The translations under genes and the position numbers were made by a program. Under the pieces are notes generated by a model. It had not been told where the DNA came from and did not search any database. It saw nothing but the letters and a program-made list of their open reading frames with translations. A stretch of 64,000 nt of DNA, from the sequence record MZ622713.1. One strand, given 5' to 3'. The first letter of the stretch is position 1; every line of letters starts with the position of its first letter. Shown here piece by piece: positions 58,009 to 64,000 of this stretch.

Positions 58009-58794
58009 ATGAAAAAATTTAACCTAGAACTGAGCAAGCAAATTCATCACCGTGACGAAACCATCACATTGCACCCGTCTTACCGTGACTTAGGTGAGTT
58101 AGAAGACCGTCATGAGCTTAGCGGTATTTTGTTCCTTAATGACGAAATGATCGGTACCGGTTACAACATCGACAATGTGAGTTTCTGTATCCCTGAAAGT
58201 AAACAGAAAGAGTTGCTTGGCAAAGATTACAAAGTCACGTTCGACATCTACCGTAACAACGAATTGATCATGGAATCTTACCCAAGTTGGTTGCGTTGTG
58301 AGACCCGTCTAGGTGCAGAGTTCAGCGCAATGAATCTACGCACTCGTGGTGTGGACTTCTTTGGTACTCTTATTCACGCACTTGCTTTGATGGTCCCTCG
58401 TTATACAAACGAGAACACCATTCACCCAGATGACAGCTACCGTCTTTTCTCTTGGGAAATCGGTCCTTGGTACCTTGAGTTAAACTGGAACGTTGAGCGA
58501 GCAGGTTTTGACTTCCTTTACAGTCCGTCTAATGACACTGACAACATCAACTGTATCGAAGTTAATTCTACTGATTACGCAAGTATTGGTGTCTCACTAT
58601 TCCCGTTACTGGACTCTCCACTGGAAGAGTGGATTCTACATCCTAACTTCCGTAAAGCCATCATCGAAGAACCTATCGGTAAAGACATGATGCACCACTA
58701 CGTGTTCTTAATGGCGCTGGCATCGGCTAACAATCCAATTAACAACTTGCCGGGTAACTTGCGTATGCTAACCAACTTGACAAGAAGACTCTAA
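58009..58794 (+). CDS. Hypothetical protein (beta-rich N-domain)
   Basis: 261 aa in operon. Confidence 0.75.
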   Translation: MKKFNLELSKQIHHRDETITLHPSYRDLGELEDRHELSGILFLNDEMIGTGYNIDNVSFCIPESKQKELLGKDYKVTFDIYRNNELIMESYPSWLRCETRLGAEFSAMNLRTRGVDFFGTLIHALALMVPRYTNENTIHPDDSYRLFSWEIGPWYLELNWNVERAGFDFLYSPSNDTDNINCIEVNSTDYASIGVSLFPLLDSPLEEWILHPNFRKAIIEEPIGKDMMHHYVFLMALASANNPINNLPGNLRMLTNLTRRL

Positions 58795-58795
58795 T

Positions 58796-59473
58796 ATGAA
58801 GTGCAGAGTCTGTAAACCGAATATAGCTCCCGGGAGCTATATTCGTATCGAAACTACGGAGTGGGAACATAAACCCAACGTGACTCTCAATGGGGATTTA
58901 AAGCGTGTGGAGACTGGTGCGATGCGTGCCGTCCACATGAAGAACTTCCGCATTGAGAACGGTTACGTTTCGTTTATCGATACAAAAGGTTTGGAACCCG
59001 GTAAGTATGAGTTGTGCGTTTGGGAACGCGGGTGTTATGCTCATCGAGGGGATGTCTCGTTCACCATAAGTGAAGAAGGTACTCCTCGTCATCATAAGCT
59101 AGAATCAGAGATTCGTACTTTGTACTGGATACTGTGGAAATGGATGGAGTCGATTGAGATTTATTCTGAACCGATTACTTTGGGTGAGTTGGTGATTACA
59201 CCAATCGCTGATAAGAAAGTCCTGACCGTTGGCTTCCGTAACAAAGCTGGTTTGACCTACATAGAGCTTGATCAAATCATAACTGGGTATGACGATCTAT
59301 GTGTGATGTTAGCGTCTAAGTTTAACAGCATACATGACGTCATTCCGGATGAGGACATGCGAAGCTTGCGTGAACACTTGTCTGGCTTAGGTCAATTGAA
59401 ATATGACTTTGAGATAGATGCTATCCGTCTCTCTTCATTGTTCCCTCGTACTTTAGAGCTATGTGCTGTTTAA
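58796..59473 (+). CDS. Hypothetical protein (Ig-like N-domain)
   Basis: 225 aa; IDTKGLEPGKYELCVW strand pattern. Confidence 0.7.
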   Translation: MKCRVCKPNIAPGSYIRIETTEWEHKPNVTLNGDLKRVETGAMRAVHMKNFRIENGYVSFIDTKGLEPGKYELCVWERGCYAHRGDVSFTISEEGTPRHHKLESEIRTLYWILWKWMESIEIYSEPITLGELVITPIADKKVLTVGFRNKAGLTYIELDQIITGYDDLCVMLASKFNSIHDVIPDEDMRSLREHLSGLGQLKYDFEIDAIRLSSLFPRTLELCAV

Positions 59474-59483
59474 GGAGAAGTTC

Positions 59484-60095
59484 GTGTTAATTAAGAAAAT
59501 CGAAGATACTAAGTATTTACCTAATGACGAAGACCAATATCGTCGTGGTATGATTGCTCGTCAGAAAGACGACAATGGTGAACGTTTAGTACTCACGGTA
59601 GTGGCTGGAGGACAAACCCCTTTCTTCCACTTAAGCGACAAAGTGTGTGCTGACCCTAAAGAAGCGTTAGCTCACCTTATCGCTATCGATCGCGATTACC
59701 GCACCTCAGAAGTTTACGGTGACTTCACACCGGAAGTAGTGTGTTACTTACGCGAGCACGGTTATCATGTTAACTTGATTTCTTTTCCATTATTCCAAGA
59801 CGTCAAACACTTAAAGATCTGGCGAGTGAGCGATGTCGAAGAATTAGAGTTTCAAGAACACATTAAGGTTGGTTCAGTGTTTAAGTGTGGTGAAGAATTG
59901 GCATTCCAGCAATCAGGTCTTGGTGAGGTGCAGGCGGTTCTAGTTAGCACTGGACCTATTAACACCATTAAAGAACTGATGTCGGTACTTAAGATCATCT
60001 CCACTCAAGTTAAGAAAGCTAACGTTTACATTGAGTGTGGTAACGGGTTTTCTAAATTGATGACTGAGAAGGGTTTTGTACATCATGTCTATTGA
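59484..60095 (+). CDS. Hypothetical protein with an internal two-domain repeat
   Basis: Start revised to GTG 59484 after TAAGGAG. Confidence 0.7.
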   Translation: MLIKKIEDTKYLPNDEDQYRRGMIARQKDDNGERLVLTVVAGGQTPFFHLSDKVCADPKEALAHLIAIDRDYRTSEVYGDFTPEVVCYLREHGYHVNLISFPLFQDVKHLKIWRVSDVEELEFQEHIKVGSVFKCGEELAFQQSGLGEVQAVLVSTGPINTIKELMSVLKIISTQVKKANVYIECGNGFSKLMTEKGFVHHVY

Positions 60096-60414
60096 GTTAA
60101 ATCTTTGGACTTACGATGAACTGAACCCTGACGATTATCGTGAGATCAGAGCCTTTGACACTCGACATTATGTTTACTGTCAAATCGAGTACGACACTCA
60201 CTCTGAAGAAAGTCACTTCTTTGGTGACACTTTCGATCATCACGTTCCAATCGTTATTCTACGTCAACTAAGTCCTGAGGTATTGTTATCACACCTCCGT
60301 AAGTTGGAGACGTTAGAACGTAATCGCATTATCGTGTTTATCCCTCAATACCAAGAAATGTTAGATACTCTAACTGAACATGGTTACGAGGTTAAACCGG
60401 CAGCGGGCGAATAA
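60085..60414 (+). CDS. Hypothetical protein
   Basis: Start revised to ATG 60085; C-terminus resembles the repeats of the upstream gene. Confidence 0.7.
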   Translation: MSIELNLWTYDELNPDDYREIRAFDTRHYVYCQIEYDTHSEESHFFGDTFDHHVPIVILRQLSPEVLLSHLRKLETLERNRIIVFIPQYQEMLDTLTEHGYEVKPAAGE

Positions 60415-60422
60415 TAAAGGTA

Positions 60423-60455
60423 AGTACTCTCCTCCCATTGCGGGAGGAGAGTACT
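60423..60455. terminator. Bidirectional terminator
   Basis: 14-bp stem AGTACTCTCCTCCC-ATTGC-GGGAGGAGAGTACT, with a T-tract ~10 nt downstream. Confidence 0.85.
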
Positions 60456-60477
60456 ATTATACCTGTTTTTTTTTTCT

Positions 60478-61113
60478 TTAGTTCTGAAGACTACGAAGTT
60501 TTTCTTCTAACACCGCGATGTACTTACGATCAATAATTTGTTGTTCTTCTAATTGCTTGACACGGATAGCATCAGAAGGGTTCTTAGTGATCGCCGCACG
60601 ACGGGTATTTTCAAATACTTGGTTTTGTTCTTTAGAAACATAAGACTTAGTTGGTACTGTTCCTAAATGAACCTCAGGGTCTTCTATACCAGTGATCGCT
60701 GAAGTTTGATCTTTAAGGTATGTTTGGAAGGTCTTCAGTTCATCTTTCAACGATGGCGGAACTGCACCTAGGTCTACGATGAAACAAAGTCGCTCATACA
60801 CCACACCATCAATGAGGGGGAACGATTTGAAATACGTAGAAGGAATATGGAGCGTAGGAAGTCCGGGAGCGATAAGGGTGACTACCACGCCACCAACTTG
60901 ATCGAGTTGCTCCATCAAACTGGCGGTGTCTTCCGAACTCATATTCACCGGTTCTCCTACCAGTAAATACGTATTGACTTTAGCGATGTTAAGTTCATCT
61001 ACTGTACGGATAGCTTCCACACGATACATGTACTTTGGATCACAAATTTTGTCAAAGGGAGTAATCGCAACAAATGACCCACTGGCTCCAATTTGAGGAA
61101 TTACGTTATTCAT
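60478..61113 (-). CDS. Conserved jumbo-phage virion-associated protein
   Basis: 211 aa, coupled to the upstream 442-aa gene; C-terminal coiled coil. Confidence 0.6.
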   Translation of the reverse strand: MNNVIPQIGASGSFVAITPFDKICDPKYMYRVEAIRTVDELNIAKVNTYLLVGEPVNMSSEDTASLMEQLDQVGGVVVTLIAPGLPTLHIPSTYFKSFPLIDGVVYERLCFIVDLGAVPPSLKDELKTFQTYLKDQTSAITGIEDPEVHLGTVPTKSYVSKEQNQVFENTRRAAITKNPSDAIRVKQLEEQQIIDRKYIAVLEEKLRSLQN

Positions 61114-62434
61114 TCACTACTCCGTCTTTAACCATCTGCCATAGCGTAGGACACAAATAGTTTACCTTATCAATACGCTTAGTAACGTATAAGAAACCAT
61201 GACGTTCCAGACGCTTAATGCCAGCAGGAGGGATACCATCAGGTCGCACTACTTCAGCCGCTGACAGTAACGCTTCCATTTGTTTGATGAAGTGGTAAGT
61301 GTCAGGTTCTACGCGTCCGTTGTCCACGTCAATCGTACTTAAGATCTGATAATCAGGCACAACCTGCTTGATCTTAATTTTCTCACCGTAGTTATTTGGC
61401 TTAGCGACAAAAGAAACTAAAGTGTTATTATACATGAACGGTACAGTTTGCAAGGATTTTATGAGGTCCTCGTTATTAACAGACGGACAATACTTGATAG
61501 GTAAAGCAAGTAAAGTTTCGTAATCCCCAATAGGAGAATACGTCGAAGCTCGTTTTGTCTCGTTTGTTACACCCACTGTATTCCAATGCGGAACACATGT
61601 AAACTCGAGTGGGTTGAACAAATCAGGTAGGTGAGGTTCCCAAGTTGCTTCATCACTATTTGAGTTTTCTAAGATGGTGTTTTTGATAGCTTCGTAAATC
61701 TGCTCATCGGCGTCAGTGGCGTTGCCATAAATGATGACAGTGAAGTACAGAGGTACGGTGACACCATTGGTGGTATCCAAGAACTCGAACTTAACTGGCT
61801 TACGTGCAGAGTACGGGTATTTCTGACCAAATGTCAAAACGTTAACACGTTCCTGAATATGATCTGCGGTTTCTTGTGACAAACGCTCTTCTATTTCAAG
61901 ATGATTGTGGGTTAACAAGAAGTCCATCTCTTTAGGAGGTAGAGGTAATGCTACTAGGACTTCACGATATGGGTAACCGGATTCAAAGTGTCCAGTTGCG
62001 TACCATATGCGAGCCGTTACCGGATCCGTAGTAGGGAATTTAATCTCTACAAAAGACGGTAGGTAAATAGCGCTATTCGTTACCATCTCACCGACGCTAA
62101 CAATTTCGATATCTTTTGTGAACGTGGCTCGGAGCTGTTGCAGGCATTCTTGGGCGTCTTGGTTCAAGTTGCCTTTCTTACCTTGGTCTAACAACCAAAC
62201 AGTAACTTCGTTCTGACGATCGATTAAGGCTTGGTCTAAATAGATCTCTTCGTCATTAAGGTTTTTGGAATAGAAGTTGACCAATGAGACTGTCCCGTCT
62301 TTACTAGGGTAGTAATTAGGGTCTTTACTGAAGGTCATCTCTTGTGAGGTGAGTTCACCGATCGGAGACGTCACCAAAGGGTGTCGATCATGGAGTTCCG
62401 GAATACTTCCGAACGATAAGAAATTAACAGGCAT
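61106..62434 (-). CDS. Virion structural protein (phiKZ gp157-like by synteny)
   Basis: 442 aa; SPIGELT.QEMTFSKD and PDLF.PLEF..VP.W motifs; position next to the RNase H-like gene. Confidence 0.55.
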   Translation of the reverse strand: MPVNFLSFGSIPELHDRHPLVTSPIGELTSQEMTFSKDPNYYPSKDGTVSLVNFYSKNLNDEEIYLDQALIDRQNEVTVWLLDQGKKGNLNQDAQECLQQLRATFTKDIEIVSVGEMVTNSAIYLPSFVEIKFPTTDPVTARIWYATGHFESGYPYREVLVALPLPPKEMDFLLTHNHLEIEERLSQETADHIQERVNVLTFGQKYPYSARKPVKFEFLDTTNGVTVPLYFTVIIYGNATDADEQIYEAIKNTILENSNSDEATWEPHLPDLFNPLEFTCVPHWNTVGVTNETKRASTYSPIGDYETLLALPIKYCPSVNNEDLIKSLQTVPFMYNNTLVSFVAKPNNYGEKIKIKQVVPDYQILSTIDVDNGRVEPDTYHFIKQMEALLSAAEVVRPDGIPPAGIKRLERHGFLYVTKRIDKVNYLCPTLWQMVKDGVVNE

Positions 62435-62465
62435 AATAGTTTCCCACTAATAAAAACAATAAGGT

Positions 62466-62906
62466 GTGTTAGCGATGTTTATAGTTCTACAAGAACTGGC
62501 GGACCGTATCATAGAATCTGTGGTCCCGAAGGTTAAAGGAGAGACTTACGGAGAAAAGATAAGGATCGTTCTAAGGTGGTCTGTCTTCTACTCTACGATA
62601 GTAACGTGGCTACTGTTTGGCCTCGGCATTCAGTACACCCACACACTGTTAAAGAAGCAGGAGTGGAAGGAAACCAGTGCAGTTATACAGCAAATCTTTG
62701 CAGTCGAAGATAACCCGTTAAAATCATTCGTGACCATTAACCGGGGTTTAACTGCCCGCCTTGAAGCTATTCAGGACGAACACATCGCGATATTGAAAGA
62801 ACGTGCAGTATTGGCTAGAGATAATGAAAGGTTAACTCGCGAGAACATACAGCTTAAACGTTTAATAGAGTCAAGACAGTGTTCTATTCAGAATGAACAA
62901 CAATAA
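62466..62906 (+). CDS. Membrane-anchored coiled-coil protein
   Basis: GTG start after AAGG; one TM (WSVFYSTIVTWLLFGLGI) and a C-terminal coiled coil. Confidence 0.65.
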   Translation: MLAMFIVLQELADRIIESVVPKVKGETYGEKIRIVLRWSVFYSTIVTWLLFGLGIQYTHTLLKKQEWKETSAVIQQIFAVEDNPLKSFVTINRGLTARLEAIQDEHIAILKERAVLARDNERLTRENIQLKRLIESRQCSIQNEQQ

Positions 62907-62913
62907 GAAAATG

Positions 62914-62941
62914 CTAGTCCGTTCCTTAGGGGGCGGGCTAG
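62914..62941 (+). terminator. Hairpin
   Basis: CTAGTCCGTTCC-TTAG-GGGGCGGGCTAG. Confidence 0.5.
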
Positions 62942-62998
62942 TATATTTCCACCTCGGTGTTGATATATAGGTTATCAACACAAACTAGTGGTATCATA

Positions 62999-64000
62999 AT
63001 GACAACGCTTAAAAAGAACATGGTGGTTTACATTGGAGCTGGAACCACCACCTTCAAGAAGACACGTCGTACCCCGGAGCATAAAGAATACCATGCCGCA
63101 TTACACGGGTACACGTATAACCCAGAAATTGAAGGGAAAAAGCAGCTCAAGAAAAATGTCCCAGCCACTATGGGATACTGGACGAGCTCGACCACTACAT
63201 CAGGTATCGTAGTTAACCAACAAGACATCATCGCAGGTTACAGTTCTTCTCGTAAAGAGGAATGGGAAGCGTGGTTGACCTTGCTGGAACAACTTAAGTC
63301 ATACATCGAGTCAGTCACTAAAGAAACCGTAGTAGAGAAGAAAGAAGAGAAAGAGTACGATGTAGAATGGACACGCATTTGTTTCATTCCAGATTCTCCG
63401 TTCTTCTATCGTCTTATGGAACTGACTGAAAGTCGTAAAGCTTCCTGCCCAGATAAACTGTATGACCGAGTAGTAGAAGTACAGAAGTTCTTTAAACCTT
63501 ACTTGCCGAGCGCTAAGTCTGTTGACGTTCGTGTGGCTTTTGTTAAGGGCGGTTTGGGTGCTAAACGTTTAGCAGAAGAACTAGGGTTATCTGACGTAAT
63601 GACTTTATGGGGTGATGCACCTGAGTGTTACGTTACTTCGACTCCATTGAAAGCTTACGAGAATCCTGAAACTGGATTACCTAAGATCATCAGTGGTAAC
63701 CGTTGGTACTTCCGTACAGGTAAAGGTACTGATTACTGGGAACAAATCGAAGGGTATCGTCGTTACCAATTCGGTAAAGTTGAGAAAGGTAAACACTACT
63801 ACGGTAAATTAACGCCTGACGTAACGTACAGCGCGTTGTTTACTAAAGAGACAATACCTTACTTCGATAAACTGTTTAACTTCACAGAAGCCCGTACAGA
63901 CAACCCTCGTGAGTTAATGTGTACTGGTAACATGCAGTACGTAACCAGTAAAGGTGTCGCTCGATTAATCGACACTTATCCGGGTGTTCGTAAAGGTAAG
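62999..64000 (+). CDS. RNase H-like protein (phiKZ gp155-like), truncated by the window end; active site degenerate
   Basis: Frame open from 62999 to the end (absent from the ORF track): MTTLKKNMVVYIGAG...ALHGYTY...IPDSPF...FVKGG...LPKIISGNRWYF...YGKLTPDVTYS. Confidence 0.6.
   Translation, partial: MTTLKKNMVVYIGAGTTTFKKTRRTPEHKEYHAALHGYTYNPEIEGKKQLKKNVPATMGYWTSSTTTSGIVVNQQDIIAGYSSSRKEEWEAWLTLLEQLKSYIESVTKETVVEKKEEKEYDVEWTRICFIPDSPFFYRLMELTESRKASCPDKLYDRVVEVQKFFKPYLPSAKSVDVRVAFVKGGLGAKRLAEELGLSDVMTLWGDAPECYVTSTPLKAYENPETGLPKIISGNRWYFRTGKGTDYWEQIEGYRRYQFGKVEKGKHYYGKLTPDVTYSALFTKETIPYFDKLFNFTEARTDNPRELMCTGNMQYVTSKGVARLIDTYPGVRKGK

Noticed and set aside
62941-62962. TATATTTCC...GGTGT before the terminal gene as a seventh early promoter
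   Set aside because: Core and spacing do not match the 18-bp motif.
1-64000. tRNA, rRNA, CRISPR array, chimallin or RNAP subunits
   Set aside because: No cloverleaf or T-loop signatures, spaced direct repeats or recognisable motifs found by eye; such genes may lie outside the window.

Overview
64 kb of a phiKZ-related (Chimalliviridae-like) jumbo myophage genome; the host cannot be read from the sequence. 1-21 kb is a conserved virion module: probable portal, baseplate-type proteins, RuvC, a candidate holin and i/o-spanin pair, four paralogous tail fibres and the central spike. 21-38.9 kb is an early/DNA-metabolism region: SbcC, HAD phosphatase, NAD-dependent ligase, a multi-AraC-domain protein, RNase HI, an Acb1-like 2H phosphodiesterase, a thymidylate-synthase homologue lacking its catalytic motifs, a GroEL-like chaperonin, small membrane proteins, an HNH homing endonuclease and thymidine kinase. 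38.9-44.7 kb holds two related virion-type proteins, one with about 11 or more Ig-like repeats. 44.8-60.4 kb is mostly hypothetical early ORFs around an SF2 helicase carrying a class-3 intein. The window ends with conserved virion genes and a truncated, degenerate RNase H-like gene. The most striking observation is that the HNH gene sits between a 12-codon stub of thymidine kinase, still translationally coupled to its operon, and a complete tk whose first 12 codons encode the same peptide but are synonymously recoded. A recurring 18-bp early-promoter motif and about 15 strong hairpins are visible. No tRNA, rRNA or CRISPR array was seen. Family assignments rest on motifs and recalled synteny, not database searches.
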